From Elusimicrobiota bacterium (lineage in GTDB: Bacteria > Elusimicrobiota > Elusimicrobia > UBA1565 > UBA9628), in NCBI GenBank assembly GCA_033875325.1, contig JANRKA010000071.1, positions 8,980 to 72,979 of the forward strand: DNA of 64,000 nt. The letters run 5' to 3'. The notes under the pieces are model-generated. The model searched no databases. It was not told where the DNA came from and was given only the letters and a program-made list of their open reading frames with translations. Of the stretch, positions 11,769-21,676 are shown piece after piece. The position numbers and the translations under genes are program-made. The first letter of the stretch is position 1, and every line of letters begins with the position of its first letter.

Positions 11769-12506
11769 ATGCTCCGACTGCTCGTCGGCCTCGCGCTCCT
11801 GCCTCTGTCGGCCTCGCTCTCCTGGGTGGGGGCCAAGACCCTCGCCGGCGTCGCCGTCGCCTCGGCGGGCGCCGCGCCGTTCGCGGCCGGGCTGGGCCTG
11901 TCGCTCGCGGGCTGGCTCGTGGCGCGTTTCGCCGTCGTGGACCCGCTGGGTCCCGTGGGCTGGGGCGTGCGCATGGCGCGCTGGACCTACGTGCTCGGCC
12001 ACGAGATGACGCACGCCCTCGCGGCCTGGGCGCTGGGCGGCAGCGTGTACGGCATCAAGGTCGCCGAGGACGGCGGGCACGTGGACCTGTCGCACTCCAA
12101 CGCCTTCATCGCGCTGGCCCCCTACTGCGTGCCGCTCTACGTCTTCGCGGTCGCGCTGGGCTACCGCGCCGTCTTGTGGCTGCGTCCGGACTTCGCGGGC
12201 GAGGCCCTGTTCCTCGGCCTGATGGGCGCGGCGCTGGCCTTCCACCTCCTGCTGACCTGGGACGCGCTCACGCAGTCGACGCAGCCCGACCTCAAGGCCG
12301 CGGGCGGGGTGGTGTTCTCCTGGGCGGTCATCGCGGCGGTCAACGGGGCGGTCGTGCTGGTCCTGCTCAAGGCGCTGTTCCCGGACTCGGTGGGACTGCT
12401 CGCCCGCTTCAAGGAGTCGGGCCGCATCGCGTTCTGGGCCTGGTCGGGCGCGTGGGCGGCGGGCAAACCCGCGGCCGTCGAGGCCTGGAGGAGGTTCGGC
12501 TCATGA
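11769..12506 (+). CDS. polytopic membrane protein with HExxH motif (putative membrane zinc metalloprotease)
   Basis: 'YVLGHEMTHALAAW' sits inside a hydrophobic multi-TM protein. Confidence 0.45.
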   Translation: MLRLLVGLALLPLSASLSWVGAKTLAGVAVASAGAAPFAAGLGLSLAGWLVARFAVVDPLGPVGWGVRMARWTYVLGHEMTHALAAWALGGSVYGIKVAEDGGHVDLSHSNAFIALAPYCVPLYVFAVALGYRAVLWLRPDFAGEALFLGLMGAALAFHLLLTWDALTQSTQPDLKAAGGVVFSWAVIAAVNGAVVLVLLKALFPDSVGLLARFKESGRIAFWAWSGAWAAGKPAAVEAWRRFGS

Positions 12507-13093
12507 GCCCCGAGCTCCTGCGCGAGTTCGCGCGCAAGGCGTTCCACATGCTCTCCTTGGCCTACCTGGCCGCCTTCCATCTGGCCGGCTGGCCGCTCGC
12601 CGGGCGCCTGATGGCCGTCTGGCTCCTGGTCTGCCTGGCCGTGGAGACCGCGCGACTCAAGGTCCCCGCGGTCGAACGCGTCCTCACGGGACTCTTCGCG
12701 GGGCTCATCCGCGAGACCGAGAAGAAACACTTCTCCGGCATCGTGCACACCACCGCGGGCTGCCTCATCGCGATGCTCGTGGGCGGCGGCGACTCCGTCA
12801 TCGTCACGGCCGCCATCCTCCAACTCGCCTTCGCCGACGCGGCGGCGGCGCTCGCGGGCAAGGCCTGGGGACACACGCGCCTCTTCGGCGGCAAGAAGAC
12901 GCTGGAGGGCAGCCTCGCGGGCTTCGCCGCGGGCCTGGCGTGCGCGCTCGCCGCGGGCGTGCCGCCCGGCCCGGCCGCCGCCTGCGCGCTGGCCGTCTCC
13001 CTCGTCGAGCTGCTCCCCACCACGGGCTGGTTCAACGACAACCTCACCATGCCCGCCGCCAGCGCGCTCGTCCTGCGGCTCCTCCTGCCGTGA
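12503..13093 (+). CDS. CdsA/dolichol-kinase-like CTP-transferase family membrane protein
   Basis: There is an ATGA overlap with the upstream gene. The motif 'RLFGGKKTLEGSLAGFAAG' is typical of phosphatidate cytidylyltransferase/polyprenol kinase family proteins. Confidence 0.5.
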   Translation: MSPELLREFARKAFHMLSLAYLAAFHLAGWPLAGRLMAVWLLVCLAVETARLKVPAVERVLTGLFAGLIRETEKKHFSGIVHTTAGCLIAMLVGGGDSVIVTAAILQLAFADAAAALAGKAWGHTRLFGGKKTLEGSLAGFAAGLACALAAGVPPGPAAACALAVSLVELLPTTGWFNDNLTMPAASALVLRLLLP

Positions 13094-14211
13094 AGCGGCG
13101 CCTGGCCCTCGTCGCGCGCCGCGTCGAGGGGCTCTCGGGCGCCTCGCGCATGATCGTGGAGCACGCGCGCCGCTTCGTCGCCGCGGGTTGGGAGGTGCAC
13201 GTCTTCGCGGGGCGCCTCGACGCGCCGGCCGTGACCGGCGCGGGCGCGACGCCGAACCTGGTGTTGTCCTGGCCGTGGGGCTCGTGGCTCAAGCGCGTCT
13301 CCTTCGCGCGGATGGCGGCGCGCGGCGCGCGCGGGTTCGACCTCGTGCACGGGCACGGCGACCTCTTCGACCAGGACGTCCTCAGCCTCCACAACTGCGT
13401 GCACGCCGCGCACGAGGCCGTGCGCGGGACGCCGCTGCCCGACTCCGACGCCACGGGCCGGCTGCACTCCCGGCAGCTGCGCGAGCGCCGCTTCCGCGTC
13501 CTCGTCGCCAACTCGCGCCTCATGAAGGACGACGCGACGCGCCGCTTCGGCGTTCCGCCGGAGAGCGTGGAGGTCGTCTACCCGGGCTTCGACCCGTCGC
13601 GCTTCACCCCGGCCGACCGCGAGCGCCTGGGCGCGCCCATGCGCGCCGAGCTCGGCGTCACGCCCGGGGAGACCTTGGTCGGCCTTGTCACCTCCGGGGA
13701 CTTCGAGAAGCGCGGCCTGCCGGCCTTCCTGCGCGCCTTCGCGCTGGCCGCGCGGACGCGCCCGGGCCTGCGCGCCCTCGTCGTGGGAAAGGAGACGCGA
13801 CCGGGCCCCTACAAGGCGCTCGCGGCCGGACTCGGCGTCGCCGAACGCGTCATCTGGCGCGAACCCAGCGCCGGCGTCGAGCGCTTCTACCACGCGTTGG
13901 ACCTCTACGCCCATCCCGCGCGTTGGGAGGAGTTCGGCATGAGCGTGCTCGAGGCGTTGGCCTGCGGCCTGCCCGTGGTGACCGGCTCGAAGGTCGGCGC
14001 CGCCGAGTTGATGACGGGGGGGCTGTCCGCGGGCGTGCTCGCCGACCCCGCCCCCGAGCCGCTGGCCGCGGCCTTCGGCGCGCTGGCCGACGACGCGGAC
14101 CGTCGCCGCGCCCTCGGCGCGCTCGGCCCCGCCGCCGCCGCGCCCTGCGCCTGGGACGCCTCCGCCGCCCGCCTGCTCGCGCTCTACGAGCGCCTCCTGC
14201 CGCCGCGCTGA
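13090..14211 (+). CDS. glycosyltransferase family 4 (GT1-fold)
   Basis: GTGA overlap with the upstream gene. The C-terminal 'EEFGMSVLEALACGLPVV' E-x7-E motif is present. Confidence 0.75.
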   Translation: MKRRLALVARRVEGLSGASRMIVEHARRFVAAGWEVHVFAGRLDAPAVTGAGATPNLVLSWPWGSWLKRVSFARMAARGARGFDLVHGHGDLFDQDVLSLHNCVHAAHEAVRGTPLPDSDATGRLHSRQLRERRFRVLVANSRLMKDDATRRFGVPPESVEVVYPGFDPSRFTPADRERLGAPMRAELGVTPGETLVGLVTSGDFEKRGLPAFLRAFALAARTRPGLRALVVGKETRPGPYKALAAGLGVAERVIWREPSAGVERFYHALDLYAHPARWEEFGMSVLEALACGLPVVTGSKVGAAELMTGGLSAGVLADPAPEPLAAAFGALADDADRRRALGALGPAAAAPCAWDASAARLLALYERLLPPR

Positions 14212-14302
14212 GCGGCGAGCTTTCATGCGCAAGCAGCAATACTGTTATTCATAATAATCAAACCTAACAAAAAATATTAGATTGCGATTTGCCGTGTCGT
14301 TG

Positions 14303-14325
14303 AGCCGGGGGACAGGCGCCCGGCT
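14303..14325 (+). repeat. hairpin with conserved loop motif GGGGACAGGC (same family as 26947-27036)
   Basis: The hairpin is AGCCGGG-GGACAGGCG-CCCGGCT. It lies in an AT-rich spacer 20 bp upstream of a TAGAAT -10-like hexamer. Confidence 0.5.
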
Positions 14326-14332
14326 TAACTGG

Positions 14333-14338
14333 TAGAAT
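14333..14338 (+). promoter_or_regulatory. -10-like hexamer TAGAAT, 8 nt upstream of the asmA GTG
   Basis: A (T/C)AGAAT hexamer recurs just upstream of several start codons (10486, 23252, 62873). Confidence 0.35.
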
Positions 14339-14346
14339 CGGGCATC

Positions 14347-16590
14347 GTGTCCGAGCATAGGCGAACGGCCTTGGAGGCGCTGCGGCGCGCGCTCCGGTTG
14401 CTGGCGCTGGCGGGGAGGACCCTCCTGCGCGGCTTCGGGTGGACCTTCGTCGTGCTCGTGGCGCTCGCCGCGGGGCTCGGGCTCTACGCCCAGCGTTTCC
14501 TCAGTCCCGAGAAGGCGCGCGTCATCATCATCGAGCAGCTCCAGGGCCTGCTCAACCGCGAGGTCCAGCTCGAGCGGGTCGTGCTGGCGCCTCGGGGCAT
14601 CAAGCTGCGCGGCCTGCGCGTGCGCTCGCGCCTGACGGGGGCCGAGGACCTCCTGGTCTGCGACACCCTGCTGGCGACCATCAAGCTCAAGCCGCTGCTC
14701 CAGCGCCGCGTCGAGCTGGACACTCTGCGCCTGGAGTCGCCGCGCATCTCGATGATCCGCACCGAGACCGGCGAGTGGGCCATCGCCGACCTGTTCACCT
14801 CCACGGCCGCCGCGCGTCGCAGCGCGCTCCCCTTCGACCTCGCCGCGGTCGAGACGCGCGTGGAGAACGGCGTGCTGCGCGTGGACGACCGGCTGCGAAA
14901 GCGCAAGGTCGTGCTCGACGGCCTCACCGCGCGCGTGGACGACTTCGCGCTCGCCAAGCCCTTCCCGGTCTCGGCGTCTTTCGCCACGACGGTCACCTTC
15001 GGCACGCGCACGGTGACCGCGCGCGCCGAGGCGGACGGTTCCCTCGACCTGGCGGGATTGAACTGGTCGAGCGCGACCGCGCGCGCCGACGCGTTCTCCG
15101 CCGTGGTGGACGGCACCAGCTTCTCCGGCGAGGTGGAGGCGAAGGGCTTCGTCGGCCCGTTGGTGACCTTCGAGGCCTCGGTGCCCGCGTTCGGGCCGGA
15201 GCAGTGGAAGCGGCATTTCGACCGCGCCTGGCCGCTGTCCCTGCCCGCCGGGCGGGTCGCGGGCGTCCTGCGCGTGCCCGCGCTCGGCCGCGTCGAGGTC
15301 GAGCGCCTGGAGACGCGCGTCGCCGGGGGGAGGGTGGTCGCCGAGGGCTCGGTCCTGTTCGTCTCGACGCCCACGCTGCGCGCCTCGGTGCGCGTCGAGG
15401 ACCTGGACCTCGCCCAGGCCGGGACCTGGTCCCCTTCGTGGGCCAAACGCTCCCTCATGGGCCGCCTCACCGGCCGCGTCTCTCTGGCCGGTTGGCCCGG
15501 ACGCCTGCAGGCCGAAGGCGGGGAGGTCGCGCTCAAGGGCTTCGGCGGCGTGTTCACGCGCCATCGGGTGGACGGCCTCGACGGGTACGGCTGGGCCGCC
15601 GACGAGTTCGCCGTGGCGCACGCGACCGTGAGCGCCGGGCGCCTGTCCTCCTTCGACAACGTGTTCGACGAGTTGTCGGGTTCGGCGTCCCTGCGCAAGC
15701 AGAACCTCGTGCTCGAGCGCCTCCGCACGAAGTGGGGCGGCTCCACCCTGAACCTCAAGGCCCGCGTCGAGCGCGTCTCCGACCCCAAGGAGGTCGCGGT
15801 GTCCGGCACCCTCGACAAGCTCGCCTGGGACGACGCTCAGCGCTTCGTGACCGCCTTCCGGGCCTCTCTCTCCACGAGGCCCGCCGTGCCCGAGGCGGAC
15901 CGGACCTGGGTGCGCGTCTTCAAATACGCCATCCCCAAACGCTTCCCCGACACCGTCGGGCACGTGCGCATCGGCGAGGTCCATCAAGCCAACTTCTGGT
16001 GCAAGGACGTGGACCTGCTGTGGACCCTGCGCGGGGTCACCCCCGACCTTCACGGCGTCAACGGCGAGGCGCGCCTGAGGCTGGGCACGGGCCGCGTGGC
16101 GGACATCCCCGCGGTCCAGGACGCGCACAAGTTCCTCAAAGTCATCTTCCTGCCCTTCATCTTCATGCACAAGATGAACAACCTGGCCGTGCTCAGCGCG
16201 GCGACCGCCTATCCCAAGACGCTCGATTTCCGGGCCATCGAGGGCGAATACGCCGTCTCGCGCGGCGTGGCGTCCACGCGCTACTTCACGGTGGACAGCG
16301 GCCAGCTCGTCGCCTACGCCGAGGGCGACGCCGATTTCGGCCGCGAGAAGGTGGACATGAACATCCTCACGCGCCTCACCGGCTACCGAGGCGCCGGCCT
16401 GCCCGAGTGGTGGACCGACGAGCAGGGCCGCGTGGCCATCGGCTTCCGCGTGAAGAACGACCTCAACTCGCCGGAGCTGGAGCCGCGCTTCAGCAAGATC
16501 GGCTCCGACGAGATCGAGAAGAAGGTCTCCGAAGGACGGGCCCGGGCCAAGAAGCGGTTCGAGGCCCTGGAGAAGCTCAAGACGCTGTAG
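14347..16590 (+). CDS. AsmA family outer-membrane biogenesis protein
   Basis: It has an N-terminal TM anchor, then 'IKLKPLLQRRVELDTLRLESPRISM', the AsmA N-domain signature. The protein is long and beta-rich. Confidence 0.7.
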   Translation: MSEHRRTALEALRRALRLLALAGRTLLRGFGWTFVVLVALAAGLGLYAQRFLSPEKARVIIIEQLQGLLNREVQLERVVLAPRGIKLRGLRVRSRLTGAEDLLVCDTLLATIKLKPLLQRRVELDTLRLESPRISMIRTETGEWAIADLFTSTAAARRSALPFDLAAVETRVENGVLRVDDRLRKRKVVLDGLTARVDDFALAKPFPVSASFATTVTFGTRTVTARAEADGSLDLAGLNWSSATARADAFSAVVDGTSFSGEVEAKGFVGPLVTFEASVPAFGPEQWKRHFDRAWPLSLPAGRVAGVLRVPALGRVEVERLETRVAGGRVVAEGSVLFVSTPTLRASVRVEDLDLAQAGTWSPSWAKRSLMGRLTGRVSLAGWPGRLQAEGGEVALKGFGGVFTRHRVDGLDGYGWAADEFAVAHATVSAGRLSSFDNVFDELSGSASLRKQNLVLERLRTKWGGSTLNLKARVERVSDPKEVAVSGTLDKLAWDDAQRFVTAFRASLSTRPAVPEADRTWVRVFKYAIPKRFPDTVGHVRIGEVHQANFWCKDVDLLWTLRGVTPDLHGVNGEARLRLGTGRVADIPAVQDAHKFLKVIFLPFIFMHKMNNLAVLSAATAYPKTLDFRAIEGEYAVSRGVASTRYFTVDSGQLVAYAEGDADFGREKVDMNILTRLTGYRGAGLPEWWTDEQGRVAIGFRVKNDLNSPELEPRFSKIGSDEIEKKVSEGRARAKKRFEALEKLKTL

Positions 16591-16603
16591 AAGGGGGGAC
16601 GCG

Positions 16604-17185
16604 ATGACGACGCCGGGAAAGATGGACGTGTTGGGGCTGCTGCAGGAGCATGGCGCCGTGGTGAGCGGGCACTTCCGTCTCGCCTCGGGCCTGCACACGC
16701 CGACTTATCTCCAGACCGCCCTCGTGCTGCAGTACCCGCACGTGGCGCAGAAGGTCGCCAAGACCCTCGCCGCCAAGTTCAGCGCGCCGGTGGACGTGGT
16801 CATCTCCACGGGCATGAGCTCGGTCGTGCTCGGCCAGGAGGTCGCGCGCGCCAAGAAGTGCCGCGCCATCTTCACCGAGCGGGCCCAGGGCGCGATGGCC
16901 TTCCGCCGGGACTTCACGCTGGCGCGCGGCGAGCGGGCGCTCGTCGTGGTGGACGTTCTCACCACCGGCCGCTCCAACGGCGAGGTCGTGGCGCTCGCGC
17001 GGGCCTACGGCGCGCGCGTCGTCGGCGTCGGCGCGATGGTGGACCGGTCCCAGGAGGCGTTGTGCCTCGGCGTGCCCGTGCGCTCCCTCATCGGCTATCC
17101 GCTGCACGCCGCGCCGCCCGAGGCGTGCCCGCAGTGCGCCGCCGGCGTCCCGCTGACCGGCGCCGCCCGTCCCGAGGCCGAGTGA
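16604..17185 (+). CDS. type I phosphoribosyltransferase, PyrE-like (orotate PRTase-like)
   Basis: It has 'GHFRLASGLHTPTYLQ' and the PRPP-binding loop 'VVVDVLTTGRS'. Confidence 0.6.
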   Translation: MTTPGKMDVLGLLQEHGAVVSGHFRLASGLHTPTYLQTALVLQYPHVAQKVAKTLAAKFSAPVDVVISTGMSSVVLGQEVARAKKCRAIFTERAQGAMAFRRDFTLARGERALVVVDVLTTGRSNGEVVALARAYGARVVGVGAMVDRSQEALCLGVPVRSLIGYPLHAAPPEACPQCAAGVPLTGAARPEAE

Positions 17186-17192
17186 GGCGACC

Positions 17193-18419
17193 GTGACGCC
17201 GCCGCCGGCCCGCACCTCGCTGCGCGCGCTCCTGCTCTGCCAGGCCGTGCTCGTGGGCGGGCTGACCCTGTCGTTCCCGTTCATGACGCTCTACCTCCAC
17301 CAGGAGCGCGGGCTGCCCATGGGCTTCGTCGGCCTGGTCATCAGCGCCTCGCTGCTGGCCACGGCCGCGGGCCAGGGCGTCGGCGGGGAATTGTCGGATT
17401 CGTGGGGCTGCAAACGCGTGATGGCCGCCGGCGTGGCGGGGAGAGCGGCGTTCACCGCGCTCCTGGCCGTGGCCATCGCGCGGGACTGGACGCTCGCCGC
17501 GCTGGCCGGGGCGCACTTGCTCGCCGCCTTCATGGGCAACCTGTACGACCCGGCGGTCAAATCCTGGATCGCGCAGGAGCACCCGGCCGAGGACCGCGCG
17601 CGGGCCTACGGCCTTCTGCGCATGGCGGCCAACGCGGCCTGGGCCGTGGGCCCGGCCCTCGGCGGCTTCATGGCGGGCCGTTCCTACGCGCTGATGTTCG
17701 GCACGACCGCCGCGGTGTGCGCGTTGGCGCTCGTGCTGCTCTTGTGGGCGGTGCCGCCGTCGCCGCCGGCGCAGGACCGCGAGGGTTTCGATCTGGTCGC
17801 CCTGCTCGCCGTCGCGCGCGACGGACGCTACCTGCGCTACTGCCTGCTCACCGTGGCCCTCGGCCTGATGACCGCCCAACTCGTGGCGCCGCTGTCGGTG
17901 CACGCCGTCGAACACGGGGGCTTGAGCGAGACCCAGCTCGGGGTGCTGTTCACGGTCAACGGGGCGCTGGTCGTGCTGCTGCAGACCGGGGCCAACGCGG
18001 CCATCGCCGGTAGCCGCCTGACCGCGGCTGCCGCCGTCGCCTGCCTGTTCTACGCCGCGGGTTGGCCCTTCATCGGTTTCGCCGCGGGCCTGCCCGCGCT
18101 CGCCGCCGGCATGGCCGTCGTCACCGTGGGCGAGGTGCTGCTCTCGCCGACGAGCAGCGCGCTGGCCGCCAACATGGCGCCGGCGCGCAACCGCGGCCGC
18201 TACCTGGGGTTCCACGGTCTCTCGTACCAGCTCGGGCACGCTCTGGGGCCGCTGCTGGGCGGCCTGGGCGCCGAGCACCTCAGCGGGCGCTGGGCGCCCG
18301 CGCCCTGGGTCGCCGCGGGCGCGATGGCGGGGGCGTGCGGCTGGGGCTTCCATCTGCTGGGCCGCGGCCTCAGCCGCGACGAACAAGGTCTCAGCCGCGA
18401 CAAGGAGAGCATCACATGA
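17193..18419 (+). CDS. MFS transporter
   Basis: It shows a 12-TM hydropathy pattern. An MFS motif-A-like 'G.LSD.WGCKR' is present. Confidence 0.7.
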   Translation: MTPPPARTSLRALLLCQAVLVGGLTLSFPFMTLYLHQERGLPMGFVGLVISASLLATAAGQGVGGELSDSWGCKRVMAAGVAGRAAFTALLAVAIARDWTLAALAGAHLLAAFMGNLYDPAVKSWIAQEHPAEDRARAYGLLRMAANAAWAVGPALGGFMAGRSYALMFGTTAAVCALALVLLLWAVPPSPPAQDREGFDLVALLAVARDGRYLRYCLLTVALGLMTAQLVAPLSVHAVEHGGLSETQLGVLFTVNGALVVLLQTGANAAIAGSRLTAAAAVACLFYAAGWPFIGFAAGLPALAAGMAVVTVGEVLLSPTSSALAANMAPARNRGRYLGFHGLSYQLGHALGPLLGGLGAEHLSGRWAPAPWVAAGAMAGACGWGFHLLGRGLSRDEQGLSRDKESIT

Positions 18420-19726
18420 TCGAGCGTTATTCCCGGCCCGCGATGGCCGCCATCTGGTCGGACGACAACCGCATGCGCGTCATGCTGCGCGTGGAGGAGG
18501 CCTACCTCGAGGTGCTGGCCAAGGAGAAATCCATCCCCGCCTCGGAGCTCAAGGCCTTCAAGCGCCTCATCGAGAAGTCCATGGTCGAGGCCGCGCGCCG
18601 CAAGGAGAACACCGCGGGTCATGAGGTCATCGGCATGATCTCCGCCGTCGCCGGGGAGCTCAAGAGCAAGGCGCCCAAGGTGGACCGCTATCTCCACTAC
18701 GGCCTGACCTCCTCCGACGTGCTCGATACCGCGCTCGCTGTTCAGCTGCGCGACTCGGCCGACCTGCTCATCGCGGGCTGGGAGGAGGCCTGCCGGCGCC
18801 TCAAGGCGTTGGCGCGCAAGCATGAGAAGACCGTCATGGTCGGCCGCACGCACGGCGTGCACGCCGAGCCCATCACCTTCGGGCACAAGGCCGCGGGCTG
18901 GCACGCCGAGGCCCAGCGCTGCCTGCGCCGCATGCGCCAGGCGCGCGACCTGGCCGCCTATGGGAAGATCTCCGGCGCGGTCGGCGGCTTCACCCACGCC
19001 GGGCCCGAGGTCGAGGCGGAGGTCCTCGACGCCCTCGGGCTGCGCCCCGAGCCCGTTTCCACGCAGGTCGTGCCCCGCGACCGCGTCGCGGAGTACTTCA
19101 CGGCCCTCGCCTTGTCGGCGGCGTGCATCGAACGCGTCGCCCTCGAGATCCGCCACCTCCAGAAGACCGAGACCCTCGAGGTCGAGGAGCCGTTCTCCGA
19201 GGGGCAGAAGGGCTCCTCGGCCATGCCGCACAAACGCAACCCCATCCTGTGCGAGAACCTCTGCGGCCTGGCGCGCCTCATCCGCTCCCAGTTGCCGGTC
19301 GTGTTCGAGAACTGCGCCCTCTGGCACGAGCGGGACATCTCGCACTCGTCCAACGAGCGCGTCGTGCTGCCGGACGCTCACATCGCGCTCGACTTCATGC
19401 TCCACCGCTTCTGCGGCGTCATCGACGGCCTGCAGGTGTATCCCGAGCGCATGAAGGCGAACCTGGAGTCCTCCAAGGGGCTCGTCTTCTCGCAGAAGGT
19501 CCTTCTCAAGCTCATCGACGCCGGTCTGGGCCGGCTCGAGGCCTACGAGATCGTCCAGCGGAACGCGATGAAGACCTGGAAAGGCGCCGGCCCCTTCAAG
19601 GCCGTGCTCGCCGCCGACCCCGAGGTCAAGCGCCGGCTCTCGACCAAGGAGCTCGACGCCTGCTTCGACCTGGCCGGCTACGCCGCGCATTCGCGCGAGA
19701 TCCTCAAGCGGGGGGGCTGTCTCTGA
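18416..19726 (+). CDS. purB: adenylosuccinate lyase
   Basis: The N-terminus is 'MIERYSRPAMAAIWSDDNRMRV'. The fumarate-lyase signature 'GSSAMPHKRNP' is present. ATGA overlap with the upstream gene. Confidence 0.9.
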   Translation: MIERYSRPAMAAIWSDDNRMRVMLRVEEAYLEVLAKEKSIPASELKAFKRLIEKSMVEAARRKENTAGHEVIGMISAVAGELKSKAPKVDRYLHYGLTSSDVLDTALAVQLRDSADLLIAGWEEACRRLKALARKHEKTVMVGRTHGVHAEPITFGHKAAGWHAEAQRCLRRMRQARDLAAYGKISGAVGGFTHAGPEVEAEVLDALGLRPEPVSTQVVPRDRVAEYFTALALSAACIERVALEIRHLQKTETLEVEEPFSEGQKGSSAMPHKRNPILCENLCGLARLIRSQLPVVFENCALWHERDISHSSNERVVLPDAHIALDFMLHRFCGVIDGLQVYPERMKANLESSKGLVFSQKVLLKLIDAGLGRLEAYEIVQRNAMKTWKGAGPFKAVLAADPEVKRRLSTKELDACFDLAGYAAHSREILKRGGCL

Positions 19727-20451
19727 GCGGGACCATCGCCCTCCTGACCGACTTCGGCCATCAGGACCCCTTCGTCGGGGTGATGAAGGCCGTCATCTGG
19801 TCGCGCGCGCCGCGGGCCCGCGTCGTGGACCTGTGCCACGGCATCCCGCCGGGAGACGCGCGCGCCGGGGCGCTCGCGCTCAGGTCGTCCGTGCCGTATT
19901 TCCCCGCGAAGACGCTGTTCGTGTGCGTCGTGGACCCCGGCGTGGGCTCGCGCCGCCGCGTCCTGTGGGCGCGCACGAAGAGACATTCGTTTTTGGCCCC
20001 GGACAACGGGCTTCTGTCGTGGCTCCCGGACCCCGTCCTCGAGCGCCGGGCCGTGACGGACGCCTCCTTGTTCCTCGAGCCGCTAAGCGGGACCTTCCAC
20101 GGGCGCGACCTGTTCGCTCCCGTCGCCGCCGCCCTCCTGAACCGCCGTCCGCCGTCGAGCCTCGGCCCGAGGGTGGACGCCGCCGTCGAGATCGCGTGGC
20201 CCGAGAACGAGATACTCGCCTTCGACCGCTTCGGCAACGCGGTCACGAGCATCCCCTCGAAGACGGCGGGCGGACGCGTCGTTTACAAGCGGCGCGACCT
20301 CGGCCCGTTGCGCACCCACTACGCCGCCGTGCCCTCCGGCAAGCCGCTCGCCGTGGCCGGTTCCTCCCATCTCGTCGAGCTGTCCGTGCGGGACGGTGAC
20401 TTCCGTACCCGCTTCCGCGCCTCCATAGGAGACCCCGTCCATGTCCGATAA
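19723..20451 (+). CDS. SAM hydroxide adenosyltransferase / fluorinase-chlorinase family (DUF62)
   Basis: It has 'IALLTDFGHQDPFVGVMKAVI' and a C-terminal beta domain. No ATG/GTG/TTG start lies upstream of the conserved N-terminus. A CTG at 19717/19723 or a sequencing error is possible. Confidence 0.6.
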   Translation: MSGTIALLTDFGHQDPFVGVMKAVIWSRAPRARVVDLCHGIPPGDARAGALALRSSVPYFPAKTLFVCVVDPGVGSRRRVLWARTKRHSFLAPDNGLLSWLPDPVLERRAVTDASLFLEPLSGTFHGRDLFAPVAAALLNRRPPSSLGPRVDAAVEIAWPENEILAFDRFGNAVTSIPSKTAGGRVVYKRRDLGPLRTHYAAVPSGKPLAVAGSSHLVELSVRDGDFRTRFRASIGDPVHVR

Positions 20452-21658
20452 CGCCGCCGTGCCCGAGACCGTCCACCGCGTCATCCTCAAGCCGGGCCAG
20501 GAGGACCGCATCCTGGCCGGCCATCTTTGGGTGTTCTCCAACGAGGTCCGCGAGGTGGCCGGCGCGGCCAAACCCGAGCCCGGCGACCTCGCCGTGGTCG
20601 CCACCGCGGGCGGGCGCGAGCTGGGGCTCGCGTTCTACAACCCGAAGAGCCTCATCGCGGCGCGCCTGCTCACGCGCAGCCCCGCCGAGCCCATCGACGC
20701 GGACTTCTTCCGGCGGCGCCTGGCCGACGCGATGGCCCATCGCGAGGCCGCTTATCCGGGCGAGAACGCCTACCGCCTGTGCTTCGGCGAGTCCGACGGG
20801 CTCCCCGGGCTCGTGGTGGACCGCTACGGCTCCATCCTCGTGCTCCAGGTGTTGTCGGCGGGCATCGAGCGGCGCCTGCCGCTCGTGCAGGCCGCGCTCG
20901 AGGAGCTGCTGGCTCCCAAGGGCATCTACCTCAAGAACGACCACCGGGTGCGCGCGCTCGAGGGCCTGCCGCTCGAGTGCAAGACCTTGATGGGCGCCAT
21001 CCCGGAGAAGGTCGCCATCGTCGAGGGCGGCATGCGTTTCGCCTCGCCCGTGGGCGAGGGTCAGAAGACCGGCCACTACTTCGACCAGCGCGACAACCGC
21101 GCCTTCCTGCGGCCGTATTTCGCGGGGCGTTCGGTGCTGGACCTGTACTGCTACACCGGCGGCTTCGCCGTGCACGCGGCCAAGGGCGGGGCCAAAAGCG
21201 TCTACGCGCTCGACAGCTCGGGCCCGGCGGTGGCCCTGGCGCGCGAGAACGCCAAGCTCAACGGCGTGGAAGGCGCGGTGTCGGTGGATGAAGGCGACGC
21301 CGAGCAGGCGTTGGAGTCCTTCGCGCGCCTGGAGCAGCCGTTCAAGCCCGATTTCATCCTGCTCGATCCGCCGAGTCTCGTGCCGGCGCGCAAACACCTG
21401 CCCAAGGCCATCCGCCTCTACGCCAAGCTCAACGCGCTGGCCATGAAGGCCCTGCCGCGCGGCGGCCTGCTCGCGACCGCGACCTGCTCGCACCACGTCT
21501 CGCGGGAGGCCTTCGTGGACATGCTGCGCCAGGCGCAGGCCAAGGCCCAGCGCCCGGCCACCTTGCTCGCCTTGCGCGGGCAGGCCGCCGACCACCCCGT
21601 CCTCCTGGCGATGCCGGAGACCGAATACCTGCACTTCGCCTTGCTGCGCATGGACTGA
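20441..21658 (+). CDS. rlmI: 23S rRNA m5C methyltransferase RlmI/RlmK-like (PUA + SAM MTase)
   Basis: It has 'LVVDRYGSILVLQ', the motif I 'VLDLYCYTGGFAVHAA' and 'FILLDPPS'. Confidence 0.8.
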   Translation: MSDNAAVPETVHRVILKPGQEDRILAGHLWVFSNEVREVAGAAKPEPGDLAVVATAGGRELGLAFYNPKSLIAARLLTRSPAEPIDADFFRRRLADAMAHREAAYPGENAYRLCFGESDGLPGLVVDRYGSILVLQVLSAGIERRLPLVQAALEELLAPKGIYLKNDHRVRALEGLPLECKTLMGAIPEKVAIVEGGMRFASPVGEGQKTGHYFDQRDNRAFLRPYFAGRSVLDLYCYTGGFAVHAAKGGAKSVYALDSSGPAVALARENAKLNGVEGAVSVDEGDAEQALESFARLEQPFKPDFILLDPPSLVPARKHLPKAIRLYAKLNALAMKALPRGGLLATATCSHHVSREAFVDMLRQAQAKAQRPATLLALRGQAADHPVLLAMPETEYLHFALLRMD

Positions 21659-21676
21659 CCCCGGACCGTCCTATTA

